Source: Candidatus Fermentibacterota bacterium (GTDB lineage: Bacteria; JAFGKV01). From it: 64,000 nt of DNA. The notes below the pieces were generated by a model, which made no database searches, was not told the DNA's origin, and saw only the letters and a program-made list of their open reading frames with translations. A program made the position numbers and the translations under genes. Each line of letters opens with the position of its first letter. Position 1 is the first letter of the stretch. Below, one piece after another: positions 26,205 through 36,215 of the stretch. The stretch lies in the NCBI GenBank assembly GCA_016928395.1, contig JAFGKV010000147.1:82977-146976 (forward strand), in the 5' to 3' direction.

Positions 26205-27257
26205 ATGAGAGTGCCGGCGGTCTTGCTGTTCCTGTTTTTGGCGATGTCGGTGCAGGCTGCCAACGTTTTCGTGTATGATCACGACGACGGTGCCACGCTG
26301 ACTGACCCGTTGGGTGCCGGCGTTGTCGGTACCCAATTCGCCGTGGTCCGGGCTCTGCAGGCATCAGGGCATCAGGTGACCACCTCAACAGTGCTGCCCA
26401 CGAACCTGAGCCCGTATGATGCCGTCTTTGTGCTCACCGCCTGGGGTACCGGGTGAGGTTCGTGTATCTCACTTGAGCAGGCTGCTCAAGTCACTCTTAT
26501 GAGCTACTTGGATTCCGGCGGTTCGGTGTATCTTGAAGGCGTTGAGATCGGCTACTATCACGCCCCAGGGCAAGCCTACAACTACGGACTCTGGAACTAC
26601 CTAGGCACTCTCTGGCTGGGTGATGGGAACTCCACGAACAATGTGAGCCTCGTGAAAGGTCAGAACGTGTGGTTCGGTACGGGGATGCAGTTCGGCTATC
26701 CCTACGGCCAACTCCCCGACTCCTGGGTTGACATTCTGGGCCCTGCGGGTACGGGCAGCGCGCAGCCTTTCGTTGATCAGACCAACCAGGGCCGGGTCGT
26801 TTCCTACATCCCGTCCGGCCAGCCGTGGCGTACCATTACCAGCGGGGTATGTTTCTGTGCATTCAGCGAGGATGCGCCCCTGTCTACCCAGCAGCGCCTG
26901 ATGGCGAGGATCATGGGCTTCTTGCTGGCCGAGGATGCGATTCCTCCTGCGGCTGTTGTGGACGTAACGGCCCAGGTCGTTGGAGTATCTTTGGAGCTCT
27001 CATGGGCTCCGGTCACGCAGGATTCGCAGGGTAATCCTGAGAGTATGGATTCCTACGTGGTGGAACGAGGCACCTCACCGAAAGGGAGATGGACCCCCAT
27101 CGGCGTCGCAGCGAATCCCGGATTCACCGACGGTGGTTCAGACATCGGTGATCCTGCTGTGAATAGCTACTATCGTATCAGGGCCGTCGACACCAGTGGG
27201 AATGTGGGAGCGGAAGCGCTCGCCGGCGAGTTCGACTTCGCTCTGAATACTCAATAG
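26205..27257 (+). CDS. Secreted GATase1-like (DUF4350-like) + fibronectin-III protein interrupted by one in-frame TGA at 26454-26456 (pseudogene, selenocysteine, or sequencing error)
   Basis: RBS GGAAGGAGG and signal peptide MRVPAVLLFLFLAMSVQA. The track's 26205..26456 and 26499..27257 ORFs share a frame with only the TGA between them, and the protein fold motif runs continuously across it (YDAVFVLTAWGTG-x-GSCISLEQAAQVTLMSYLDSGGSVYLEG). C-terminal FN3-like module (SWAPVTQ...YYRIRAVDTSGN). Confidence 0.6.
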
Positions 27258-27625
27258 GCTACACCATACACCGGCGTTCCTCGATGCTTTTTTCGGGGCG
27301 CCGGATGCGCGGGAACCACCTGTGACTGCAGGGATTGGGCGGAAGGCGATCGCCGAGGTGGCCGGGACTTGGGTTGCTCAGCCGGAAGAATGCGGTCGAA
27401 CTCCCTTGGATGCCCCGCAGCGGCACTCAGCTCGGATCCGCCATTCGCAGCCGGTGCCGTCTCGCCCGGGCTTTCTTCAGCTCCTCGTGTGAGGCACAGA
27501 ACGTTGGGTTCTTGGCGCTGTGCGGTCAGTGCCGTCACACTCCTTGGGACCCTGGCTTGGATCTGGCGTCTCTACCACGACTGCCTGATGCGCCTGTGGC
27601 CATAGTCCAGGCGTTCGCCGCGAGG

Positions 27626-28381
27626 CTATCTCCTGCCCGGCGTTCCCCTTTCGATCCGATCGACTAGGCTCTTGTAGTCGTGCGCCCCTTGGGAATCAGG
27701 GGCGTACTCAAAAATCGTCTTTCCATGTCCTGAAGCTTCGAGGATGTGCGCACTGCTTCTGATCGGCTGGCACAGCTGTTTCGAGAAATACGTCTGGAGG
27801 AGATCATAGATGTCCATGCTATGCTGCAGCCCCTCGTTGAGAAACGACGGGAGGATGTAGAGAGTGCCAACGGATGGATCGTGCGCGCCCGTCTTCTTGA
27901 TCCGGTGGGCGAAGTCGAGGAGACCCTTCACCGAGAGCGCCGCCATTGAAACTGGAATCAAGACATCATCGGCGTGAAAGAGCGCATTGACCGTCAGGGA
28001 ATCGTAGCCGGGAGACGTGTCATGAATGACATAGTCATACTTCGGCTCAACAGGTTCCAGAGCTCGTCTCAGAGTCAGCACTCCACCGGGGCCATCCCGA
28101 TCGATAGCCCTCCTCGCGTCATCCAAAGCACGACCACCGGCGAGCAGATCAAGATTCTTCCTTGCCTCCACGATGGCCTTGTCAGGCGGGAGATTTCCAG
28201 ATAGTAGGTCGGCAAGTCCTACCGTCGGGCTGAGCCCCAAGAGCGGTCCGGCTTGGCCCAATGTGTCACAATCTACCAGAAGGACCTTTCTCCCTCTGAG
28301 TGCCAAGCCGTGAGCCAAGGTGACGGCCGTCGTCGTCTTTCCAACGCCACCTTTCGTGAGGGAGACTGCAATCCTGCGCAT
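27626..28381 (-). CDS. ParA/MinD-family P-loop ATPase (orphan)
   Basis: MRRIAVSLTKGGVGKTTTAVTLAHGLALRGRKVLLVDCD deviant Walker A; full ParA/Soj-like length. The track's longer N-terminus (to 28453) is probably not translated. Confidence 0.8.
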   Translation of the reverse strand: MRRIAVSLTKGGVGKTTTAVTLAHGLALRGRKVLLVDCDTLGQAGPLLGLSPTVGLADLLSGNLPPDKAIVEARKNLDLLAGGRALDDARRAIDRDGPGGVLTLRRALEPVEPKYDYVIHDTSPGYDSLTVNALFHADDVLIPVSMAALSVKGLLDFAHRIKKTGAHDPSVGTLYILPSFLNEGLQHSMDIYDLLQTYFSKQLCQPIRSSAHILEASGHGKTIFEYAPDSQGAHDYKSLVDRIERGTPGRR

Positions 28382-28901
28382 GGTTCCATACCCTCTCATG
28401 CTCACCGAGAACGGCGATCTGAGACTACTTGAGAACGGAGAATGACGGTTCATCTATGCACTCCAACTTCCGTGTCGTCAAGGAGTCATACCATGCCGGG
28501 GCGGGATCGGCCGAGGATCTGGAGTCGCAACGCGCGCAGGAAGGCCCGGGTGAGAGACAAGGGATAGGAGAACGCACATGGCAGACAGGGGTACGCGATG
28601 CCCCGCCGTCTTTCGATTGACCCGGGGAACCGACGTGGCGTGCCCTCTCTCCTCTGTGCTGCGCCCCAGGAGAGGCGTAAGGTCCGTTGTGATGCCGACG
28701 CGGAGGGGTAGGCCTGGCTGCATGAGACTTGTGCCGTCGAACCGGGGCTCAGCTGGCCTGCAACGAATAGGGCTGCCGGCTGGCGGTGGTACCGGACTGC
28801 ACGCGCCGTGTTGTAGGGCGTCCAAGAGCTCGGATCGTATCACAGGCGGGCATTTCTCCCGACGGAACTCAGTCCTTGACCCGGGGTATCTTTTCCCATA
28901 G

Positions 28902-28919
28902 ACTGACTGTCAAGTCAGT
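28902..28919. promoter_or_regulatory. Candidate TetR operator: inverted repeat ACTGACT-gtca-AGTCAGT about 36 nt upstream of the tetR start, with an extra CTGACT half-site at 28922
   Basis: Perfect 7-bp arms with a 4-bp spacer. Lies in the divergent parA-like/tetR intergenic region, adjacent to the tetR RBS AAGGGAG. Confidence 0.35.
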
Positions 28920-28954
28920 TTCTGACTGGCAGGTCATTTCAAAGGGAGCGCAGT

Positions 28955-29584
28955 GTGGAAACACGATTCCGTGTGAGCCGAAAGGCACTCGAGAAGGAGG
29001 CACGGAAGCAGGACATTCTGGATGCGGCCGCCCGGTTGTTCTCCCAGCGGGATTTCCACGAAGTAACGGTGGATCAGATCGCCGCAGAGGTCGGCCTGTC
29101 AAAGGGCACGGTCTATCTCTACTTCCGGAACAAGGACGACCTGTTCCATGCCATCGTCGTTCAGAAGGGGCAAAGCCTGTTGCGAAAGACCAGAGAGTCG
29201 CTGCAGTGCGCCGGGGACTTTGTCGATTGTCTTCGTGAGTTCGTGCGTGCTCATTGCGGGTTTTTCGAGGAGAATGTGACCTACTTCAGGATCACGCACT
29301 CCGAGAAGACCAGAATGACCGCTGAGGGCAAGCACCGTCTTCATGATTATGCCGACCAGTTGTTCCACGCTCATCTTGCGATGCTGATGGAGTTGGTGGA
29401 ACGGGGCCGGTCAGAAGGGGTCCTTCGAGAGGAGGGTTCCCTTGCTCTGGTGAAGGCTCTCCGGGGGATTCTTACTGCCTACGTGTTTCATTACGCCTTC
29501 GGTCAGAGCGAGACGCCGCTGTCGGAGCAGGCGGAGGAAATCGTCGATCTGTTCCTGAACGGTGCGAAACGCCAAGCCCCTTGA
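28955..29584 (+). CDS. TetR/AcrR-family transcriptional regulator
   Basis: GTG start with RBS. N-terminal HTH ILDAAARLFSQRDFHEVTVDQIAAEVGLSKGTVYLYFRNKDDLF. First gene of the efflux operon. Confidence 0.85.
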   Translation: METRFRVSRKALEKEARKQDILDAAARLFSQRDFHEVTVDQIAAEVGLSKGTVYLYFRNKDDLFHAIVVQKGQSLLRKTRESLQCAGDFVDCLREFVRAHCGFFEENVTYFRITHSEKTRMTAEGKHRLHDYADQLFHAHLAMLMELVERGRSEGVLREEGSLALVKALRGILTAYVFHYAFGQSETPLSEQAEEIVDLFLNGAKRQAP

Positions 29585-29745
29585 CTCGAGGTGAGCACTC
29601 AAAGCGGTGGCCAGGCACAGGATACGTATCGTTCCATCTCCTGCGGCATGTGTAGCGGTGAAGAAACCGTGGCGCGACGAGGTAGAAGGGGATAGACCCG
29701 ATCAGCACCACAAGGATGATGAAGGGAAGACGTGGAGGATCGTTC

Positions 29746-31137
29746 ATGATCAAGAGATGCTGCGTAGTGATCTGGCTGCCGGTTGTGCTGGCGGCAGCCG
29801 CACTCCATGCCGGTGAGGAGAGAACGCTCACCTTGGAGCAGGCCGTGCACATCGCGCTGGACCGAAACCCACAGATGCTGATCGCGGAGAAGGAAGTCGC
29901 GAAAGCTCGCGCGGTCGTCTGGGAAGCATTCGGAGCCCTGATGCCCACGCTGGAGGCCACCGCGGTGGTCAATCACTCGTGGGAGATCCAGACTACCACG
30001 ATTCCGAACTTTCTGAAGCCCATGCTGGAGCCTCTGGCGCCGTCGATTCCGGAGTTCGCCGACATGCCGGATTTCGTTGAGATGTCCTTCGGCATGGAGA
30101 ACCTGGTGACATACGGCGCGAGCCTTCGACAACCGCTCTTCCTCGGCGGTGCCGGTATCGCGGGCGTTCGACTGGCCAAGGTCGCACGAGAGGCCAGCGA
30201 GCAGCAGCTTGAGTCGCGGCGCCAGAACCTCATATATGGGACTACCCGAGCGTTCTATGGGTGTTTGCTGGCCAAAGAGCTGGTGAGAGTGCAGGAAGAT
30301 GCCCTGGCCCAAGCCGAGGCCAATCTGGCCGCTGTGGAGGCTCAGCACGAGGTGGGCTCAGCCTCGGGATTCGACAAGATGCGATCCGAGGTCGAGGTCG
30401 CGAACCTGAAGCCGGACGTGATTTCGAGCCGAAACGACTACCGGTCTGCCCTGACAGGCTTGAGGACGATTCTGGGATTGCCCGCCGACTCGCAGATCGC
30501 CGTTGACGGCGATCTGACATTCGTGCCCGACGATTACGGGGATCAACCCCTGTCGTCGCTGCGGGAGCTGGCCGATGAGAACAGGCCGGAGTTGCACGCG
30601 ATGCGTGCGCAGAAGACCATGGCGTCACGTTCAGTCGCCATTGCCAAGAGCGGATTCCTGCCAAAGGTGTTCTTCAGTACCGACTACTCCAACCAAGCCT
30701 CCCGTAACGATTGGGACTTTACCGGAGATGACTTCAGCAAGGGGTTCTCATCGGCCATCAGCGTTCAGCTCCCGCTCTTCGATGGGCTGCGAAACGTGAA
30801 GGCTCATCAGAAGGCACAGCTTGACTATCGGATCGCGGACGACAGAGAACGACAACTCGCTGACGCGGTGGCCGGCGAGGTTGAAGTTGCGCGCAATGGC
30901 CTGCAGGTGGCCAGCGAGAAGTGCGCGGCCGCCCAAGAGTCCGTTGCCTTGGCCCGCGAGGCTCTTCGACTGGCCAACTTGCGCTACGAAGAGGGCGCCA
31001 GCACTCAGCTGGATGTGTTGGGGTCACAACTGGCCATGCAGCGGGCGGAGCTCAATCATGTGTCAGCGCTTTTTGAGTACCAGATGGCCCGGTACGGGCT
31101 TCGGCTGGCGACCGGTACGCTGGGGGGGCTCTTGTGA
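29746..31137 (+). CDS. TolC-family outer-membrane efflux protein
   Basis: Signal peptide; LTLEQAVHIALDRNPQMLIAEKEVAKARA; two OEP repeats. RBS GGAGGA 7 nt upstream of the ATG (the track starts at 29716). Confidence 0.85.
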   Translation: MIKRCCVVIWLPVVLAAAALHAGEERTLTLEQAVHIALDRNPQMLIAEKEVAKARAVVWEAFGALMPTLEATAVVNHSWEIQTTTIPNFLKPMLEPLAPSIPEFADMPDFVEMSFGMENLVTYGASLRQPLFLGGAGIAGVRLAKVAREASEQQLESRRQNLIYGTTRAFYGCLLAKELVRVQEDALAQAEANLAAVEAQHEVGSASGFDKMRSEVEVANLKPDVISSRNDYRSALTGLRTILGLPADSQIAVDGDLTFVPDDYGDQPLSSLRELADENRPELHAMRAQKTMASRSVAIAKSGFLPKVFFSTDYSNQASRNDWDFTGDDFSKGFSSAISVQLPLFDGLRNVKAHQKAQLDYRIADDRERQLADAVAGEVEVARNGLQVASEKCAAAQESVALAREALRLANLRYEEGASTQLDVLGSQLAMQRAELNHVSALFEYQMARYGLRLATGTLGGLL

Positions 31138-31487
31138 GGGGGCGTTCCATGAGCCGGGTTCGGGGTTCAGGGGCGGAATGATGGGGATGGATGGAAGAAT
31201 GGAAGAATGGAAGAATGGAGCGGGGGGTGTCCTTTCCTGCAATCCCTGGATGCCCTTCATGCCGCAGGCCCTGAGCCGAGTCGAGGGGGTGAGTTTCTCC
31301 GCTCTGTGGCATCTGTGCCCTCCGTGGTGAACTCTCCTTAACGAGCGTTGCGGCTTTGTCGTTGACCCTGAGAGTAGTCGAGGGGCGTCAGATCTCTGTT
31401 TTGGATTTCGAGCTTGGCCTCGCACCCGCGGATGCGGGGTTTTGTGCCTCCCGCGAAGCGGGCGGACTGCTGAGAATGGAGAGGGCA

Positions 31488-32660
31488 ATGAGATCAAATC
31501 TGAGGCTGTGGTACCTTCTCTCCTTCGCGCTCCTCATCGGATGCCAGCGAGGAGGAGGCGGGGAGTCCAAGGAGCCGCTGGTTCCCGTGGCGGTCAGCGC
31601 GGTGCAGCGGGGCACTGTGCGCCAGGCTTTGACCTACAGCTGCGACATCAAGGCGGAACTCGAAGTCAAGGTCTTCTCCAAGATCCCCGATCGCATCGAG
31701 CGATACTTCGTGAACGATGGAGATCATGTTCGCCGCGGCGACCCCGTCGCCTCCATAGCGGCGACCACCATTGGGCAGGCGGTTCGGCAGGCTGAAGCCG
31801 GCCTGGCCGCAGCCCGTGCCCAGCACGGCAACGTCACTACCGAGTTCGAACGCGCGGAGCGTCTGTACAAGGAAGACGCTATCAGCACCCAGCAGTTCGA
31901 GGCGATTCAGGCCCAGTACAAGGCCGTCTCCGCGCAACTGGAGCACGCGCAGGCAGGCCTCGCCACGGCGCGGAGTCAGATGAGTGATGCCACAGTGACT
32001 TCGCCCATCGATGGCCTGATCGGGATGCGATACTCCGAGGCGGGAGACATGGCCAGCCCCGCGGTCCCGCTGGTCAGCGTGGTGCAAATGGATCGGGTCA
32101 AGATCGAGTTCAGTGCCACAGAGGATGATCTGGGGAAGCTGGCCGTCGGACAGAAGGCGGAAGTCCGGGTGCGCAGCCATCCCGATACGGCCTTTGAGGG
32201 GAAGATCCAGAAAATCAGCCCCGTCTTGGATCCCGTGACGCGCATGGCAACGGTGGAGGTACTGCTTCCCAATCCGGGACACCGGCTCAAGCCGGGCATG
32301 TACGCGGAGGTTGACGTCACCGTGGGCATCATCGAGAACACGCTGGTCGTGCCCCGGGAATCGGTGCTGGAGGCCACGTCGCTGGAACACGCCAATGGCA
32401 CTCGTCGCGTAGTAAAGAACTTCTTCGTATATGTCGTCAATGACAGCGACCGCGCCGAGCAGAGGAAGCTCGAGGTGGCGTACCTCAATCAGACGCATGC
32501 GGCTGTGCGCGTCGGCGTTGCTGTCGGCGAGCGTCTCGTTGTCTCGGGCCAGAACAACCTGCGGGATGGCGTGGCGGTGTTGATCCCCGGCGCGGGTTCA
32601 GCGGGCGAGGCGCCAGCCGTGGCGGATACTACCGGGCCCGTCGAGCAGAAGGCACGATAG
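31488..32660 (+). CDS. Efflux RND periplasmic adaptor (membrane fusion protein, HlyD family) lipoprotein
   Basis: Lipobox LLIGC. Biotinyl-lipoyl-like, beta-barrel and MP domains (VTSPIDGLIGMRYSEAGDMAS...). Stop overlaps the RND gene start. Confidence 0.85.
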   Translation: MRSNLRLWYLLSFALLIGCQRGGGGESKEPLVPVAVSAVQRGTVRQALTYSCDIKAELEVKVFSKIPDRIERYFVNDGDHVRRGDPVASIAATTIGQAVRQAEAGLAAARAQHGNVTTEFERAERLYKEDAISTQQFEAIQAQYKAVSAQLEHAQAGLATARSQMSDATVTSPIDGLIGMRYSEAGDMASPAVPLVSVVQMDRVKIEFSATEDDLGKLAVGQKAEVRVRSHPDTAFEGKIQKISPVLDPVTRMATVEVLLPNPGHRLKPGMYAEVDVTVGIIENTLVVPRESVLEATSLEHANGTRRVVKNFFVYVVNDSDRAEQRKLEVAYLNQTHAAVRVGVAVGERLVVSGQNNLRDGVAVLIPGAGSAGEAPAVADTTGPVEQKAR

Positions 32661-35600
32661 TGCGCATCACACAGACCGCCATCAAGCGGGGCGTCACGTT
32701 CCTCATGATCTACATCGTTGCCGTGGGCTTCGGCCTTTTTTCCCTGGGGAGACTTCGGGTCGATCTGTGGCCCCGGCTCGATTTTCCGATGATCGCAGTC
32801 ATCACCCAATACACCGGAGTCGGACCGTTCGACATGGAGACCGTGGTGACCCGGCCGCTGGAGGAAGCGGTCGCGTCGGTGCAGAACGTGAAGACGGTCA
32901 GCTCGACCTCGCGCCAGGGCCTCTCCCTACTCATGCTTGAGTTCGGCTGGGGAACCGACATGAACCAGGCGGAGATCGACGTTCGGAATGCCCTGGAATG
33001 GGTTGAGGACTACCTGCCGCCTGATGTCACGGATCCCTTGGTCTTCGCCTTTGACCCCGCCATGCAGCCCATCGGATTCTACACCGTGGGTTCCGAAGTT
33101 CATGGTCTCGCCGAACTCCGGCGTATCTCGGAGCTTGAGCTGGAGCCTCGCATCGAGCGCATCCCGGGAGTGGCCTCGGCATCAACCACGGGCGGACTCC
33201 AGCGTGAGATCAAGGTTCTGCTGGATCCCGTCAGGCTGCGGGCGCGCAGTACTTCCGCCCAGCAAGTGGAGCTGGCCCTGCAGATGAACAATCGGCAGGT
33301 ACCCTCCGGATGGATCGATGACGAACACCAGGAGTTCACCATTCAGACGCAGGGGGAGTACCAGTCCCTTGAACAGATCGAGCAGACGGCAGTGGCGTCC
33401 ATGGAAGGATCGGTTGTTCGCATCAAGGATGTCGCCGATGTCGTGGACGGCTTCGTGGAGTCGCGTCAGCAGGTGTGGACGAACGGAAAGCCCGCCGTGA
33501 TCCTGATTCTGCAGCGTCAATCGGATGCGAACACGGTCTCGGTCACCCGGGAGTTGAAGAAGCGCCTGCCCGGAATCATGGCGGAGTTGCCCAAGGGGGT
33601 CGCGGTGGAGGCGGTGTATGAGCAGGCAGAGTTCATCAACCGGTCCATCTCGAACCTGGGCACTACGGCCATCCAGGCCGTCCTGCTGACCATCGTCGTG
33701 CTCTTGGTCTTTCTGCGGAACATCCGTAGTTCGATGATCGTGGCGCTTTCCATTCCCATCTCGATCATCGTGACGTTCGCCGTGATGGATCAAGCGGGCC
33801 TCACCCTGAACATGATCTCCATGGCCGGCCTCGCTTTGGCCGTGGGGCTCTTGGTCGACAACTCCATCGTGGTGCTGGAGAGTATCTACCGGCACCGGGA
33901 GCGGGGGGCCGAGGCGTGGAAGGCGGCCGAGGTGGGCACCAATGAGGTGGCCATGGCCATCACCGCGTCGACTTTGACCACCGCATCTGTGTTCGTGCCG
34001 GTGCTCTTCGTTCCGGGGATTGCGGGTGAGATGTTCAATGATATGGTGGTCACCATCTGTTTCTCGTTGGCGGCTTCCCTGGCCGTGGCCCTGACACTGG
34101 TACCGCTGCTCGCCTCACGCATGCTCCGGATCAAGGATGGAACGACGCCGCGGTCTGGCTTCGATCGGCTGGGCGACCGCATCGGGGCCGGCATCGACAA
34201 GGCTCGAGCGCGGTATCTGGTTGCGCTGAGGTGGTCGCTCTTCCATCGCCGTGTCGTCCTCATTTCCGCGGCGGGTCTCTTCGTCCTGTCGGTGATCCTG
34301 CTCACGACCCGGGGAGGCGAATTCCTGCCGCACAGTGATATGGGGTTCGTGCAGGTGGCGTTCGACCGTTCGGCGGGAACGAGCCTGGCGGCAACGGAGA
34401 CGAGCGTTCGAACCTTGCATGAGATCGTAAACAACGCCGTTCCCGAGGCCGAGATGGTGTACACGAACTTCGGCCAGGGTGAGGGGGTCTTTGCCGCGTT
34501 CTCGGCCAGCGGATCCAATCAGGGCGAGATGATGATCCGCCTGAAGCCGCGCTCACACCGCGCACGGTCCATGCAGAGGATTCAGGATGATCTACGGGAG
34601 CGGGTGAACGCGATTCCCGATCTGAACGTACGCTTCGAGGACCGTGGAGCCGAGGCGTTTTTCGGTGGCGCGGGCGACATCGCCGTGGAGATCTTTGGCC
34701 ATGATCTGGAGGTGGCGGAAGCGCTGGCCCGCGATATCGTTGCCACGGTCGAGGGCATTCGCGGGGTTGCCACTACGGAGGTGAGCGTCGAAGACGCCGC
34801 GCACGAGCTGAAGATACGGCTCGACCGGCAGCGCATCGCCGATCTGGGACTGTCCACCGCGCAGGTGGGGCAGGTGATCTCCACCAGTGTACTGGGGAGT
34901 GTCGCAACACGATACCGTGAAGGCGGCGACGAGTTCGACGTACGTGTACAACTGAGGGAAGACGCCCGGAGGAATCACGTCGACATCGGCAATATCCTGC
35001 TCATGACACCGGGGGGAAGACAGGTTCCCCTTCGGGCCGTGGCGGATCTCTCCTTCGGGACCGCGCCTGCCGCCATCACCCGGGAGGATCAGGAACGCAA
35101 GGTCACGGTGGCCATCGACGTGTCGGGCCGTGATCTACGACGGACCACCACAGACGTGCAGAGAGCCCTGGCTCAGATCGCCGTGCCCAACGATTTCCGT
35201 GTGGAGATCGGCGGCTCCGCCAAGGAGATGATGGAATCGTTCATGTTTCTCGGCATTGCGTTCATTGTCGCCATGGCCCTGACCTACATGGTCATGGCGT
35301 CGCAGTTCGAGTCGCTGGTGGACCCGTTCATTATCCTGTTCACCATACCGCTGTCCATCATCGGTGTCGCCCTGGGGCTCACGCTGACGGGGACGACGCT
35401 GAGTGTCATGTCGCTCATCGGGATCATCATGCTCATCGGGATCATCGTGAACAATGGCATCGTGCTGGTTGACTACACGAACCAGCTCCGCGAACAGGGC
35501 CACCCCCTGTTTGAAGCCATCATGCTGGCCGGGGAGGCGCGGATGAGGCCGGTGATCATGACGGCGCTGACCACCATGCTCGCCATGCTTCCCCTGGCCC

Positions 35601-35791
35601 TGGGCCTCGGCGAGAGCGGGGAGAACTGGGCTCCCATGGCGAGGTCTCTCATCGGCGGGCTCCTGGTTGGTACGGCCCTCACGCTGGTGGTGGTTCCGGT
35701 GATCTACGCTGCGCTGGAGACAGGAGCGCAGAAGAGGAGGGAGCGCCGCCAGACCGGGAGGGTATCCTCCTCTGCCGAACAGCCTGCATAG
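32660..35791 (+). CDS. RND efflux transporter permease (HAE1/AcrB family)
   Basis: 1043 aa, 12 TM segments, two large periplasmic loops. MRITQTAIKRGVTFLMIYIV N-terminus, and conserved TM4 motifs. Confidence 0.92.
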   Translation: MRITQTAIKRGVTFLMIYIVAVGFGLFSLGRLRVDLWPRLDFPMIAVITQYTGVGPFDMETVVTRPLEEAVASVQNVKTVSSTSRQGLSLLMLEFGWGTDMNQAEIDVRNALEWVEDYLPPDVTDPLVFAFDPAMQPIGFYTVGSEVHGLAELRRISELELEPRIERIPGVASASTTGGLQREIKVLLDPVRLRARSTSAQQVELALQMNNRQVPSGWIDDEHQEFTIQTQGEYQSLEQIEQTAVASMEGSVVRIKDVADVVDGFVESRQQVWTNGKPAVILILQRQSDANTVSVTRELKKRLPGIMAELPKGVAVEAVYEQAEFINRSISNLGTTAIQAVLLTIVVLLVFLRNIRSSMIVALSIPISIIVTFAVMDQAGLTLNMISMAGLALAVGLLVDNSIVVLESIYRHRERGAEAWKAAEVGTNEVAMAITASTLTTASVFVPVLFVPGIAGEMFNDMVVTICFSLAASLAVALTLVPLLASRMLRIKDGTTPRSGFDRLGDRIGAGIDKARARYLVALRWSLFHRRVVLISAAGLFVLSVILLTTRGGEFLPHSDMGFVQVAFDRSAGTSLAATETSVRTLHEIVNNAVPEAEMVYTNFGQGEGVFAAFSASGSNQGEMMIRLKPRSHRARSMQRIQDDLRERVNAIPDLNVRFEDRGAEAFFGGAGDIAVEIFGHDLEVAEALARDIVATVEGIRGVATTEVSVEDAAHELKIRLDRQRIADLGLSTAQVGQVISTSVLGSVATRYREGGDEFDVRVQLREDARRNHVDIGNILLMTPGGRQVPLRAVADLSFGTAPAAITREDQERKVTVAIDVSGRDLRRTTTDVQRALAQIAVPNDFRVEIGGSAKEMMESFMFLGIAFIVAMALTYMVMASQFESLVDPFIILFTIPLSIIGVALGLTLTGTTLSVMSLIGIIMLIGIIVNNGIVLVDYTNQLREQGHPLFEAIMLAGEARMRPVIMTALTTMLAMLPLALGLGESGENWAPMARSLIGGLLVGTALTLVVVPVIYAALETGAQKRRERRQTGRVSSSAEQPA

Positions 35792-36215
35792 CCCGTATTG
35801 ACCCTTTGCCTCCACGCGCCCCGCCGTCTGGGTTATCCTTGACCAGATCCGGAGTACTCGAGGGGCCTGAGTCAGAGAACCAACCGGAATCCAGCCGACA
35901 GAGGGGTGGTCGCGCACGGGATTCGCTTCTGGATGAGACGGCTGGGAAGCCCCTGCCTCCTGGTCGCGTGATTGGCCGAATCATCGCGCCTGGCTGTCAT
36001 CGGCGAGGCTTTGTCACGATGGACCACACCGCGGCGCCTGGCCGCGTGACTACCTCGCTTCGTTTCGGCAGATTCTGGTCTTGCCAGTCCCGATCGCCTG
36101 CGTATGATCCTCATGCCGGTCTCGGCGGCAGTCATTGAAGGGTAGTGTCTTCTCCGCGCCTCTTGACACCGCGTTCCCGTTGGGTGATTCTGGCCTCTTA
36201 CCACAAGGAGGTCCC

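Noticed and set aside
35135-35917. 260-aa minus-strand His/Arg-rich ORF
   Set aside because: Antisense to the RND permease 3' end; spurious.
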